The notes: a model not told the origin generated them from the letters alone. 64,000 nt of DNA from Eutreptiella sp. 'Long Island Sound 2002' (GCA_964036045.1 OZ038378.1:189410001-189474000); one strand, 5' to 3'; numbered from the stretch's first letter, positions 11,179 through 24,985 are shown. Translations and numbers: made by a program.

Positions 11179-14100
11179 GCTACGGAGGGCTCATTCCTCC
11201 GCGCATGCTTTGGTGCATCTACGTGGTGTTGGATCGGTGCTCACCGCTCACCCGACCTCAGTGAAGCAACAATGAAAGGACCGATGAGCACTGCACTGCG
11301 CATTACACCACCAAAACGGCGTTTTTCTACGTTCACATGGCCTACCGCTCTGCGAAGCGCAAGGGTAAGTTCAAGTGTGAGGGCACCGAAGCAACACTGA
11401 GCCTTGCGGCCTGTCGGTCTGTTGTTGAACACATGTAGAACACCCCCCGCCAGCAAACGGGGCACGGAGGGATACTTCACCAACCCTCGACAGCCATCCG
11501 CGAGGCGGTTGTTCAGTTGGGGATGATTGATTGTGGGTTTTGATGTTGGTGTCCGAGCGGGCGTCTGGTGTTCATTACACGATGGCGCCTTTGTATATTG
11601 GGAGTCCTGACCTGTCCCGAAAGTGCATCCCCGCTCCGCCCCATACCCTACCGTATCGTACTAACCCTACACGAACCCCAGGATCAGTTTTTATGTGTGC
11701 GGTTTTGCCACCAGCACACGAATCCACTTATAAGTCGACCAAGGGATGCTCTGCCTGAGCCAGCCAAAGATTCGGGCTAAGATCGAGAGCGTATGGGTAT
11801 TGGTGGGCGCTTTCGAGGCGCCGGGCTGCAGTGAGATGGGATGGGACGAGATGGGACGTGTCAGTACTGTCCATGATCACATCCTTCCCTCTCAGTCCCA
11901 GTGCCCTGATGTCTGGGCCCTCATTGATTACTGTGGGCCCGAGACTCGAGTATTCAAATCGCCCACTCGACGAACGTGTACGCTTCGGCGCCTACTCTAG
12001 ATGCAATGCCACCACAGCAGATCCTACCCTGATGGATAATCAAGCGTTGGTATCCGCTCCGCTGGTTGTCTCCCAGTACAGCGTCCGCAACTATGGAGCC
12101 ATGTCCGGCACAATGCAATGGAAAATTGCAGTGGTGTTGTTGCAGGGACTGGGGTATTTTGCATAGGAAAAGTGGTTCCTGGAAAAGTCTGTCCCAAGGT
12201 TTCTTTATGCAATTTGTCCCATGGTTTTAGTCACACGGATTGTAAGGAATGCCATATCTGATACTGACACAAAATCTCGGTTGCAGTCGGTCTTCATTCG
12301 CTGCCTCCTCTATTTCAATGTGGTTCCTGGGGAACCTCGTTTTGTGCACTTGTCCACCGTGTTTTGCATGCTGCAGCGAATGTGTTGAAGCCGGTCAAAT
12401 GAAGCGCAAAACCGCCCAAGGAATAAAAGCAGACTGTTATGGTCGGCACGACCGTTGATATTTGTATAGAGACAGGCATGACGGGGTCATGCCGCGTTGT
12501 GACACAGGTACGGTGGGCAAAGTGGCCGGCTCACCACTGCCACAGCACTCAGGCGCCCCGCCAGTTAGCAGGGGCCGCTGAGATAAACCATCCAGCATGT
12601 ACTCGTTTGTGGACGTCGTTTCGCAATTGCGTGCGCAGCGTACATTTCTGCATGTTTTGATCGGTACGTGTCTATGTCTTATTGGTTCACCTCCGGAAGG
12701 CAATTGATGTGGTGCAATGTCTCCTTGGTATTTCAATGCACAGGCAATACTTCTTGGGCAGATTTCCGACGAAAATTTCCTCAAATATTATCACCACGCT
12801 TCCCCCTGTACTCTGTAAATCTTTGCGCAGTGCAGAGCAATGAAACGAGCCACAGAAGACGCACCTGCTCCCCAACGTGCACTCACGTCTTGTGGTCCAG
12901 TGCGGCTTTGGCGCCTCCGTTCCAGGATTGTGGGACAGAGGACTCTGCATTTTTTTTTTGCCAGTCTGACACACACGGACACCTCAAGATTCACGGATAG
13001 AGTCGGTTTCAGCTCACAGTATTCCCCACCTCCCGATGCTGAGACAGATTGCGTCGGGATGGTTTGTGCTCTGACCTGAACCAGAAACGCTTGGGGCAAA
13101 GGTGCCACAAATCCAATGCCTCCCAGCCCCTGGCTGCCCACGTCTGTGAGGCGGTCGCTCTGCTGCTCCGTCCGTCTATATGCTGGTCCGTGGATGCTCC
13201 CTATAATTTTGTCCAGAGACACCCATCGTTTCCCGGTGGATTGCCTCATGGAAATAGAGGGAGCGGCTGCACGGTGCACACACGGTGCAGGGGCCCAGGA
13301 GCAAGCGCCACAAAATTGCTGCTGAATTCTCACGATCGCGATGCTCTCACCCGACATTGTGAGGGCGTCTCGTGGCACGTCAACAGATGTGTTGCCGGCA
13401 GCAAAAGACATGGCATTCCTTCGGCGCCGCGCCCACCGCGCGCGCCTTGTGCAGCCGCTCCCCTATACAGTGCCAATGTTTGCCCAAGCCACCCTCAATC
13501 AAGAGCAACCCCCACCCGCCGTCAAGAATCTTGAGGGCCTAACCAGCCCTCAAAAACACCCCCACGTCCCTGCAACCCCACCCACACCCACCTCCAGATA
13601 CTCCCTCAGCCTCCAGCAGCTCCATGTGGGGCTGCCGGCGGTTGGGCAACGGTTGTGCAAGTATTTGTACTCAGGTCACATTTTTGGCCTGAACTGAGTT
13701 CCGATGGATCAGCTAATCCTGTATACACATGCTCCATTGCACATTGGATATGGTCGCGGGGGCAACCTCGTTTTGCGTTGCACAAGGAACATTGATTTGC
13801 CAGAATATGACTGTTGTTGATGCGTCTGCGTGCTTGCGGGTCTGGGTGGAGTGGGCTGCGCATGGGACAGGCACTGTTCTGAGGACTGCCCTCCATATCG
13901 TGTGCAAAGTGCGCAGGGTGTTCCTTGTGCCGGAACAATCAACCCAGGATCTCCTGGTGCCCGGTGCCACTCGGTTGAGGCTCTGGGCCACCCAGGCTCA
14001 CCGTCTTTCCCGGGGTCATGGAAACCGTCGCCCTCGTTCTCGTTCTTGGCGCAAGCCCTGCCTTGACCAGGACAGCAACGGTTGCGCTCAGGACGTGACC

Positions 14101-14667
14101 TCTAGAGGTAGCCCCTTAGACAACGGGGATTTGGACCTTTATGGGCTCTTCCTGTCCTCAAAATGATGCCCCAGCCCCTCCCAAAATAAACACACAGCCC
14201 CCGCAAAGATCGGTACATGGGCAAGTGTACATCTGCGCACACGCAGCGGCGATCGAATCCAGTGCAACACTTGCACTGCCAGGCGTGCAGGCCCGAATGC
14301 GTCTTTCTTGTGGAGTTTGTTGCTACTTTCTTTCAGTTCATGTTTCGCTTGAACTTCCAAAAGCACAACGGATGCGCAGCGAAAGCGCTGCGCTGGGGGT
14401 ACTGACGATGGCACGCACGCACCCCAAACCAGCAATATTCTTGTTCCTACCGAACCCTCTTCCAAAGGCACACAACCTCAGCCAAGGACCAGCTTTTCTT
14501 CATGCCGTCACCCTGAACACTGAGACTGACCAGTACAAAAGCTGAAGTTAGGCGGAGAACACTTTGTGCGAACATTCTGCCCCGAAGAAAGGTGGCGTCA
14601 TTTGTTTTCAACCCCCCTTGGCCAAGCTACAGGTGGGTGCGAGCTTCCATTTGACCATTTCAATATT

Positions 14668-14900
14668 CCCAGCCGATACATTTTCGTCCGAAATGGCCAA
14701 AATGTACCAACTGAGAATAAAAAACACCCAGCCGGTACATTTTCGCCCGAAATGGCCAAAATGTACCAGCTGAGAATAAAAAACACCCAGCCGGTACATT
14801 TTCGCCCAAAATGGGCAAAACATACCAGCTGAGAATAAAAAACCCCCAACCAGTGCATTTTCGCCCAAATTGGCCATAATGTAATGGCTGAGAATAAAAC
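14668..14900. repeat. 59-bp minisatellite, about 4 copies
   Basis: CTGAGAATA recurs at 14711, 14770, 14829 and 14888. Confidence 0.9.
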
Positions 14901-16293
14901 CCCTCCCCCCCTGGGCAGTTCGAGAAGCACACAGCTGAATAGCCACTATTGTCGAAAGCGACAAAAAAAAGTGGCCAAGGAGAGCTCTACAACCATCAAC
15001 AAATGCAAGAGGAAAAGCATACGTCCAAATGATCAAGCGGGTGGACAGGCCAGAAAATGCCTCACACAAACGTTTCTTTAGAAAGTTACTTATATGTCGA
15101 GTGGTTGGCCCCCTGCGCGCACGTCAATGGGCGCCCCACGCGGAAGTAAGAATCACTGTCTGGGTCATTGACAATGGGGCGCGGGGGGGGGGGGGGGTCG
15201 TCCCTGTCCCTGATTCTATTGAACTCAATTCTGACACATGCAAATCTGCGGAAGTACCACACTCCAGCAGCAATGATTACCCAATCAGTCATCCTCTGCG
15301 CCGCCATGTTACACCGGTGACAGAACATCCTACACTGGATGGGTGGGTGATTTCTGTGGACCTTCCATGTATCAATGAATCAGGAAACAAAATCACCCGC
15401 AAACAATGGCAGTCCGGTCATCAAAGACATGACACAAGGCTGATCAGCACCCGTCATTTTCAAAGTGCCAGCCTCGCGTTATCGATTCGCATCCGACTTG
15501 TCCCCACAACGACCACTCTCCCACTGATCCGCGAATTCCCCTCTGCAGACCGAGCGGGTCCCTTTGGTGTGGCTGTCCCCATGGCGCGCAGTGACAGGTT
15601 GGGGCGTTCAATGTTTCTAGGGTTGGTCAAAGGCTTGCTCGGCCCTGCCCAGCTCCGCGGGCGGACCAGCAGGCTGTGCGGACGAAGCCCGGGTTGCACC
15701 CAAACTGCCTTGTCCGGAGGCCCGGTGTTCAGGGGACATAGTGTTCCGGGGACACGAGTGTTTCAGAAGCCAGTCGGGCACCAACAGCGTGTATGACACG
15801 AGAGAATGATGTGGCTGGGGCAGGCTTGAGCGACTTTCTTCCTAGGATACACACAAAAAAAAGCATCAAAACCGGCCACAGCTTCTGGGCCACCCAAAAA
15901 GATTGGTGGCTAAACCTGACCACCACGCAAAGACTCACGAATTCAGCAAACAGCACACATGCATACGACCGGTGTTGTTACCTGGAATTCCACCATGTAA
16001 CCCCCGTTCACTTGCGAACGGGGCATTGGGGCTGTACGACAATTGCCGCATACAACGGCAACAATAGGTGCCATTCTACGGGTTCCCCTTTCCCAAAGCG
16101 TCCAGCTGAAGATGGGCTGCCTGCTACAGACAACACGGGGCGTTCTTGCGGCAACTTTGGGCGCTCTGGCCCTCCTTTGTGCGCGGGTAGGGAGGTTACG
16201 AAGCCATGAGGTACATGATACTGCCAGTCTGTGGACCATCGTCCCCACCACCACCCGCCGCATCGCCTCCCGCCAAGGGCTTTTCGCACACCC

Positions 16294-18698
16294 ATGGGCA
16301 AACCGTGGCTGCGGTGCATCAGCGATGCAAGGCGCCGAGCCCTGCTGCTGATGGTTGGCGTGAAGCTCTCGAAGGACGGGAAGTGCGTCTTCAATTACAA
16401 CCCGGGGCCGTTCCAAGCGGGCCTCAACTTCATCCTCGCCATCCCGCTGCTGCCGCCGTTCCTGAAACTTTCTCATTTCCTCCAGCTGCTGGGGCTGATC
16501 GGCTTCATGCAACTGTACGCTTGGGTGATTTCGGATGCGACTGCGAGCGGCCCGGGGATGCTCGACCTGCAGATCCAATGGTGTTACAACAACATCGCCG
16601 GGCTGTCGCGCTTCGTACTGGGGCTGTTCATATCCCTGGTGCTGAGCAAGACCTACTATGCGAACCGGGGTGTTTTCGGTACGGTGTTCGGGTCTCCATG
16701 GGCCTTACGCAGCTGGTCGCCGCCTGGGTACGGCCGCCGCCCGCGCTTTCCACCAACGAGGCCGCGCGGGCGTGCGCGAAGACGGCGCAGCTCATGCTCG
16801 TTCGGTGGATCAACGCCGCGTTCCGGCTGATGTGGCTCGAGTGTATCCCCGGCGGTCAGGCAGAGGCGATGGGGAAGGAGATGATCAGTGAGGACCTGCT
16901 AACGGCGGCGGAGTGGGATAAGATCATGGGCCTGTCGTCCCGGTGCACGCACATCTATCAATGGATCAGCAACGTGCTCTCGGATCTCACAGATCGGGGC
17001 TACATTGGATCGTATCCGCAGCTGACGATGATGCAGAAGCAGGTGGGCAGGGACGCCATTAAGAATGTTTCTTTTTTGTTGGTCCGGGTCCCTGGGGGGT
17101 AGGGGGGGTCGGTAATGGTTCCCCAGTAATGGTTAAGGGTTTCAGAACCTACAGTACTACAGTTTTAGTGGTGACCTCTCTACCCCTTCCCTTTGTCCCT
17201 GCCCTGTCTTCGCTTTCTGTATCTACTCCTCTGATGCAGAATTGTCCTTTCTCCATGCCTAAAACCCGGCATTACCGAAAATGTGCCTTTGCCAATGCTT
17301 GTCTTGCCAAAAGGTGCCGGCAGAATAAAGCTGCTGAGCAACATGAAGCTCAAGAACAGGCTGCAGAATAGTCACAGCCCTGCGCAGCAACATGACCTGG
17401 GAAGCCATGCGCATGCACCCAATTGCAGCGGAGGATCTGTGTGATACGGATTATCCATATGATGCCATGGCAACTGCTTGAAGGGCTGTAAGGCGACGGA
17501 GGCGTCAGCATAAGGTGAGAAAGCTGAGGAAAGAACAGGCCCCCAAATACAAAAAATAGGCACGCACACGTCCAAAAGATGCTCCGTTTTCAAATACAGT
17601 TGACCAATGTTTGCAGGAGAAAGGCATAGATTCTGATTTATCTTTGACATCTGTGGCTTCTAGTCCCTCTACCTCCAGTTCTGGGTCTTTCTACTCCAGT
17701 TCTAGTCACAGCACTGGGTCCGGGGAATAGGTCTTTGTTTGTCCATGTGTGAAAATGTGTGCATTGCATGAAATACTTGCTCTTTCACGGTCATCCTGAT
17801 GTATGTGTTCTCAGTCAGCTTCAAATTACCTTGTTGGGAGTGATTGCCCTCGGCTGCAGGTGTCCTTGTTGCTCTGTGCTCAATACAGTACCATTACTTG
17901 GTACCATTAGTCAGGAAGCATTACTTGGGGGGGCTAGGGGAGGGGGTCGGGGGGATACCCCTCCCCTTTATTCGCATCCCTGGTGGACGGTGGTTGTTGT
18001 AAGTCGTGTATTTTTTTTACCGTTAGCGTGTGTACATATTGCAAAATAGAACAATGTTTTTGAAAAGAATTTACACCCACCGACAACAGTAACCAAAAAA
18101 TCATTTTTTTTAAGAAAACTGCACTCCCCGACGGCAAAGAAAGCTTATACGGCGTGGCTAGTTTTTTGTACACGGCTGCCATTTTTCACAGGTGGACGAC
18201 ATGCGCGGGGCCAACGTGTGGGGCCTGCCCAGCCTGCCCATCACCTACACGCAGCTCGTCACGCACATGGTCAAGATGCACGTGTTCATCCTGGCGCTGA
18301 ACAACGGGTCCATGTTCGCCGCCCTCGTCCAGCAGGCCGACACGACCGGGTGGAACTTCTCGCGCGTCGTCTGCCTCATGCTGCTCTTTGGCGACCTGGC
18401 GTTCCACCACTACTTATTCCAGGGCTTCCTGGACCTGCACGGTGCCCTGTACAGCCCGAACTCGGGCACGCTCCTGGGGCACATGCCGGCGGTGAACTTC
18501 ATGGACTTTGTGCGCAACGTGACCGACCACGTCGTGTCTGAGAACGACACGCTGCCCTACTGCCTCGAACTTGTGGAGCCCGAGGGAAAACAGCAGAGTT
18601 CTGCCGCTGGCCGCCTGGTGACTTCCCCCCGAAGCAGCGCGGATATCGACGTCAAGTACGACGCGAGTATCAGCCCGTTGCATTACCGCGCGGCGTGA
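16294..18698 (+). CDS. Bestrophin-family-like channel protein; 2 exons; apparent 1-nt deletion at about 16690-16692
   Basis: Exon 1 is 16294-17042 (CAG|GT) and exon 2 is 18192-18698 (tttttcacag|GTG), phase 0. Hydrophobic segments plus bestrophin-like motifs FVLGLFISLVLSKTYY, LPITYTQLVTHMV and LYSPNSG. Coding switches frame at TTC GGG TCT CCA TGG; one extra G restores FGVSMGLTQLVAAW and gives about 418 aa. Confidence 0.75.
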
Positions 18699-20521
18699 GT
18701 TCCCGAAACACACATTTTGGGCCCCCGTCGGTTCGTCATTTGGCCTCCGGAGTGAACAGGCCGAAAGAAGGCCAATTCCGTTGCGGTCCGTCGCGTACCT
18801 GCGCCCAGGGATTTGATTTGAGGGCCAATCTTGAGGCTCACAGGCCGCCTGGGGGGCGCTGGATGGCGGTCCCAACGACTCTGCATATCGGCCAGCCATG
18901 CATGCGGTGCACACCCAGCCACATCTGCGGGCCGGGGGGGGGCAGGCCTGTCGCCGTGCCGCGGGGTGGGCGAGGTGGGGGGACGGGGGGGGAGGGGGTT
19001 GCGCGCTCCTGCGGGGGGGGGGGGGAGGGGGCGGGGGGGGTGCGGAGGCCCTGGCAGGGCCCCATGCACGGCTGCTGGGTGTGGGGGGCAGGGCCTCCAA
19101 CTTGTGCCTTCAGTCCTGGGTGGGGGGACGCCTGCTACCTATGTGCATGCCAGCGCAGGTTGGGGGGATTGGGCCGCCACCCCTGCGCACATCAGCACAG
19201 GCGGAGGCGGCGGTGGGTGCCGCGCCACTGCGGCCTACCCCCGCCCCGTTACCAATCGAGGGGCTATGGGTGTGCTGTGAAACCGCCGCCCCGGGGGGAG
19301 GGTTGGAGTTCTCGTCCTCTGAGCACCACAGCACGCTGGGCTTGGGGGGCAAGAGGGGGGGAGGGGGGAGGGCCACGGCGGCCTCAGCGGTAGGGCCGCC
19401 TGGTGTCTGCACACCTGGGTCAGGGCGCGTGGAACACGACCTGCACCCTGCGGCGCCGCCGCCACGCCTCCACGTGTGCGCGGACTGCGAGCCACGCCCG
19501 AGCGTGGGCGTCGCCCCCCGCGCGGGGGTACGGGTGCTGCGGGGGTGGCTGGGGCGCCTCCGGGGCGGGCGTCACTGTGTACCACACGGCGTACACCCGC
19601 GGGATGGAAGCCAGCACTGCGCCGGCGGCCGCGAGCGGGTCCCGGGGCGGGGCGAGGGGCCTGTCGCCCCGGAAAAGGCACCTGACGGTGCCGCCGTGGG
19701 TGATACCCACCTGCGCCCAGGGAAGTATTAGAATGGCCGGACACCGTAGGAGGAGGGGGGGTGGTTACCCCCCCTCCCTTGACCCCCCCCCCAACCAAAG
19801 TGATCATCGTGGGAAGGAACGAAATTCACCTTCGGGAAAATCTGGTTGGACCATTTTTGGTACACAAACTTTTGCGTCCCCCCCCTTCTAATTGCCCGCG
19901 CCTCACGGCATCCGGATGGTCCGCGGCTTTTTCCCGAATTTAAAAGCGTCCGGCGAGCGAGTGGCCGGCCACCGACCACTTCGATACGGTTTGCACTGGC
20001 ACAAGGAATGACTATTCGCAGTCCGATGGTCTTGAAAGGCTGTGCAGATGCGGTGTGGGCCTGTGGACTCGCAGCCAGAACGTGGGAGTCAGGGTGGCTT
20101 CAAACAATGGGGCCGATCACACCGCTTTGTTTTCCATGTCTGATGCCGGGCACGGCGGTGGTTTGCACACGCCTGCGGTGATCAATCAACGCACTGTGGC
20201 GCGCCGGCAGGGTGACCCGGCGGTGGCTCCCTGCGTTGGAGTGGCCCCGTTTGACGACTCGCCCCCATTGCTTTGTGCCCGCTCTGCCACTATCCCTTTC
20301 GCGCCCCCCCACCCCCCACCCCCCACCCCGGCCGCCCGGAGCTTTGAGGGGCGTCTTGTTTGTGACAGGGCCGGGGGGTCATCAAGAGTAATCCTGACGT
20401 GGCCTAAAGGCAGGGTCCTGACCTGAAACCCAATCGGTGGGGGCGCCTAACGGCGCCTTTCTGGGCAGCTTGAACTATTTGTGCCTGCGCCTGACGGCGC
20501 CTTGCTGAACTGCACGGACAC

Positions 20522-22493
20522 TGTGTGTTGCGGCTTCGCCGCGTTGGGACATGAAGTACCCCCCGGGGTACTGTTGTGGATGACAGAGTGATTCTTGTGG
20601 GTGACGACCATAGTCGATTTATGGCCGGAGCTTTGAGGGAGCCGCCCGTGCGGTGCGCTCCGTGCGCCACGGTGCGTGCGGTGTTGTGCATCCGCGACCC
20701 CGTTGCACATCTGCACCGCAAGCCACGGCGTGCCTGCTTTGCAGGTCCTGGGGCTGTGTCCCGCGGCACGGGCCGAGCATACGCAGCCTGAATTCTGCCG
20801 GACGCGCGGTGCACGGGAGGCACCCTCTGTGACATGCTGAAGTGTTCGAGTGGCATGCTTCAGGGACGTTCCGGAGTGACGTTGCTGGGGGACCCGAGGG
20901 TACCGCCTGCTGGCGACGTACTGTTGCTGCTTCCAACAACTACATTTTGTGGCAGAGTCCTGCTGCTGTCATCGTCCGTGATTGGACTGCCAGTACTGTG
21001 CTTGGGTATGTAGAAGGGAACGATAGCTCCCTGGGCTGCGGGTGCAGAGAGATTCTGCAACGCAGCCCAACTCCGCCACCGTCCCTCCTTTTTCATGTTT
21101 TCATCCCTTTCTCTGACCTTCCCGTGTGTTTTAAAGTCGTACCCGTTTTTGTGCAGCTGCCGTGTGATTGGAATCAAGTTTTCCATGAATTTTCATGCTG
21201 TTCTTTGTTTAAAATCTTATGGGATGGCAGCGCCCATTGCACTATCATGTATTAGGGTTTCCTTTCACCAAACGCTCCGGCTGCGGGGGTTCCAGGAGCA
21301 TTCGTGTGAAGCCGGGTCATTATCAGCATCGTACCTCAGAGTCTCGTTCTGTTTTCTTGAGAGCCTGCTTTCACCTGCGGGTACTGTACGTCAGCCAGGG
21401 AGAACAAAAGGAAAAGCAGCCCGACGTTTCCTACCCTTGCAGGCACCTGCAGCACCCCTCTGGACCCCCTCGACCACTATATTACTGATCCCAACGCATG
21501 CAGGCCCGTTGGCTGGAGTTGGATGCAGCGCGTGCGTGTGCCTCCTTTCGATGTGGGAATTGGACCTTTTGACACTCCTTCAGGTTGGGTACAGCTTAAA
21601 GTCAAGCGCGCCCAAATTTCCGAGCCTGTGCCTCACCTTTGTATGTAGCAAGTGACGTTCAGCACGTTCGGCGGTCCTTACAATTTGGTCACCTCGATGG
21701 ATACCCTGCATCGAAAGAGCCATGGCATACCCTTTCACACCCTACGCTGCCACTAGGTTTTTTGGCCAGCTGCAACATCGCGCATTGCAAAATACCCCCC
21801 TCTGCTGCTTTGTTTTGGCGCTTTGATCGTTGCCTCCCTTGTCAACAGTCCTCCCGCATTGCCTACCTGCACAATGTATTTTAGAATCTTCTTCCAGCAT
21901 CGGTGTGACGGCCTCCGCTGCTCAACATGTTTTGGGATATTGCGTGTACATAGTGCCGCCAGCACCGTCACTCTGACTGTAACACTTCTCTGTCACTCAT
22001 CCCTCGTTTGTGTCTCTCATCACGGTCCCTGCATGTCTCCCAGGCGGGGACAGATGGCAAGGTGGCAGCAACAGAAGTACAGTGGCAGGCTAAAACCAGT
22101 GGTCACCAAAACTTAGCGGTTGTACAGGACCAATCATGATTCACAGCTGCGACAGTTTTAACGTCAGAGCAATGCCATATACAACACTCGTTGTCGAAGA
22201 TACATTGTGCAGGTGGGTCTGCACCTGTCCCCATGACACATACACCCGTCTCTAGCTAGAGATGCCTGTTGGTCGACACTTCCCGGGCAACCCAAGTGGG
22301 GACATCAGCCCACGAACAAGTAGTGGATTGGAAGCAATTACTGCGGCAAGTGGCAATTGCGCAGGAAGGCGACGTTCCATGCACAGCCAATGAGTGTCGG
22401 GAACTGAGAGATGTTGTTATCAACCCACTGCGGTGGGGCATCTGGCTGTTGGCACGCGCACGTAGACACAAACAGGGCATGCCACAACCCTGA
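20522..22493 (+). CDS. Possible additional multi-exon gene or pseudogene (weak SGNH/GDS-esterase-like hints)
   Basis: Exon-like blocks: DDRVILVGDDHSRFMAGAL (20579-), NNYILWQSPAAVIVRDW (about 20935-), a CAG/GT-bounded block at about 21443-21531, QVTFSTFGGPYNLVTSMDTLH (about 21650-), and a terminal exon at 22260-22493. I could not build a phase-consistent model. Confidence 0.3.
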
Positions 22494-22580
22494 GGCTGTT
22501 TGTGTTCCGGACAGGGACTGGACTGAGGATCAGACAGGGTGCCTCCCATTGGCCTGGCTACCGGAACCCACTCCGCATTG

Positions 22581-22867
22581 GGGGGCGCACCGTGCGCTGT
22601 GCGCGCGCTGTGCGAAAAGTTGGCTGTTTTCTATCACCAGTAGCCATGGGTCCCAGGGTCCTGAATTCTGCAGCCTACAGCCCCTGCTGGTACACCAGGT
22701 ATTTTTTTTTTTTAGTCTCATGCTTACTACGGGTCCCAGGGTCCTGAATTCCGCACCCCGTGCTGTTTTGAATTGACCATGCATGCCTCTGTAGGTGGGT
22801 GGTTTTCAGGGGTGTTCCCGGAATAAACACAATAATTGGCGCTGTGCGCGCTTTGCCAAAACGCCCC
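22581..22867 (+). mobile_element. Harbinger-type MITE (family A)
   Basis: GGGGGCG...CGCCCC ends with GCGCTGTGC subterminal motifs; colinear with the copy at 31358-31647. Confidence 0.65.
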
Positions 22868-23498
22868 GTTGGATTGGCCAAAGGAGCCAGACTTCCGATT
22901 CCGTGTGACCAGGGTGAGGCGGGGGAGGGGACGGTGCACAGTACTGAGGCAGGGGACGGGTCGGCTGCAGTAGAGTCTCCACGTTCTTGAGGACCTCGTT
23001 GGAGACTTTGGGGACGAAAGGCAGAGAGCAACCACCGAAGAGATGGCCACATGTGATGCTTCGGGGAAGAGCCCCAGGGCCCTATTGTGCAAAGAAGGCG
23101 GAGGTGATCGCTGTTGTCGGGGGACTGCTGCGGGCGGCAAAATGGTATCCTGCCAAAAGGGTAAGGGTTGTATCACAATGTCCGACACCCGCCCCTCCCC
23201 CTCCAATGCGTGATGCAATCGCCTTCCCTCCTCCCCCCATTTGTGGTCAACTCAAAGCGCAAGAGAATTTAGGTACAAAAAACATTTCCGGCCAAACCTT
23301 TCCCTGGCCAGCCCCATTGGGCAGCGATTGCCAGTCCTGCAGCCACAGCCGTACACTATCCCGGTTAGGTACCTCCCCCCCCCTTCCAACCCACCCCCCC
23401 CCAGGGGGGGAGGGGGATCACTTTGCCCATGAATAATATGAAATCACGGGCGCCAAAGGTACCGGAGAAAAGTTGTACTTGGGTTATACTGGAATTCA

Positions 23499-24131
23499 GG
23501 GGGCGCCTCAAGCGCAGTGCGCGCGCAGTGCAACTATTTGGGCGTCTGGCCGTACTAGAGACCCATACTTTGAGATACTAGGGGCCCCTAGGGGCATCAT
23601 GGTGACCCCTAGCGTACGTTTTGACTTCTGATTTTGTCCCCCGTTGTTTGGGGACCCCCGAGAATGCAGGGGTGACGTAGCATTTCCGCCCTCTTTACTA
23701 CAATGCCGTTTGCGACTCTCTTGCCTTGATTGCATAGAGTCATTTCCACTCAGGGGGACAAGCACGCATCGGACGGCCGAAGATTCCATAGGGAAGTGGA
23801 AGTATTGAAGCAAGTCCGATTATCCGATACAAGGACGCGATTCAGGCTCGTGTGAGTACCATGTACGTAAGGGAAAGGGCATTCATGGATCATGTTACAT
23901 GCAAGTTTGCCCCAACCCAACCTCCATCGCTAAAAATGGTGCAACCCACGCCTGTTCATGGCTTTTCCAGTTGTGCATGATGTGTGTAGTGGGAAGGGAA
24001 GGTAGTTTGCAACTTTCTTGAGCTGGGGCAGTTTGGGTCACCTAATTCTAAGGGCGTTTCTAAGGGGTGTGCTTGGGGGCTCTTCGGGGGGAACATAGTC
24101 TAAAAGTAGCGCGCAGTGCAAAGGTTCCCCC
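23499..24131 (+). mobile_element. Second copy of the same Harbinger-type family with a different internal segment
   Basis: About 100 bp at each end are clearly homologous to 42186-42920 (GGGGGCGCCT-AAGCGCAGTGCGCGCGCAGTGCAACTATTTGG... and ...GGGTCACCTAATTCTAAGGGCG...TAAAAGTAGCGCGCAGTGC...TTCCCCC). Confidence 0.75.
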
Positions 24132-24985
24132 GAGGTTATCAATGTGTGGTGCAATCCCCCCCCCCCCCCAAGGACCGTCACGACACCGGGGCAGGGGGGG
24201 GGGGGTTCAAGGGGGGTGGTAAATACCTCTTTCCGCTTGTACTTATTTTTCCTCGGGGTCTTCCCTTTGGGGGACGTCAGCCCCTGAACAAGTTGATGCG
24301 ATGCAAGATGCTTCAAAAAGATCAGGGGGTAGACAAGGCTACAGCTCCCATTAGATCTGGGGCACACAGCCCTTTGCGCATGTGGGGCGCACGTTTGCAC
24401 CATATGCACTGCCCCTTGATCTGGGCTGTCGGCCGAGAGCTGACTTTGAAGTTGGTGTGTGCCGTAAAAAAGAGGATTAGGGGGGGACAAGGCTCGGTAG
24501 GGAATTGGAACCCCCTGCCTGTTTTGTGGGGAGGCGGGGGTTGGACACATATGGATGTGCCAAGCACGCTTCAATGATTTATTCGCATGGCCCCTGACCC
24601 AAAAGCATATTGCCCCTTTTTCTGGGTTTCGCATCAGAGCGTATGGGCTGTGCTCATCAGTGCCGGAGAAGGCTGCAGTCTGGCAGACCGACGAGGGCCC
24701 TATTCAACATCACCCCGACCCCAGTATCTACAGACAGCGAGGGTCAGTGAGGCAGAGGGCAAAGAGAGAGCAGGAGCAGGCGCAACAGAGGAGTGCGGCG
24801 GAGCACAATGCGTTGCCGAGGTCACCAAAACTGGGGGAGGGGGGAAGGAGGCTTGGCCGACCCGCTCCTGTTCGCAGTCAGACCGCAGCGCAGGCCCTGC
24901 GTGTTCAATGCATCTTGTGTGCCCCGTCGTAGCACAGCTCTGACAGCGGAGCTCCACTGCCCCAGTCCGCCCGAAAAGGCAACCG

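Noticed and set aside
12755-12790. IFVGNLP (RRM RNP2-like) on the minus strand
   Set aside because: It is an isolated heptapeptide; I found no RNP1 or continuing exon.
11830-14170. Possible further + strand multi-exon gene (ORFs 11831-12166, 13341-13697 and 13729-14166)
   Set aside because: The stretches are protein-like but show no recognisable motif, weak codon bias and no phase-consistent splice model.
14668-14900. 59-bp periodic array as CRISPR
   Set aside because: The whole unit is repeated and there are no unique spacers.
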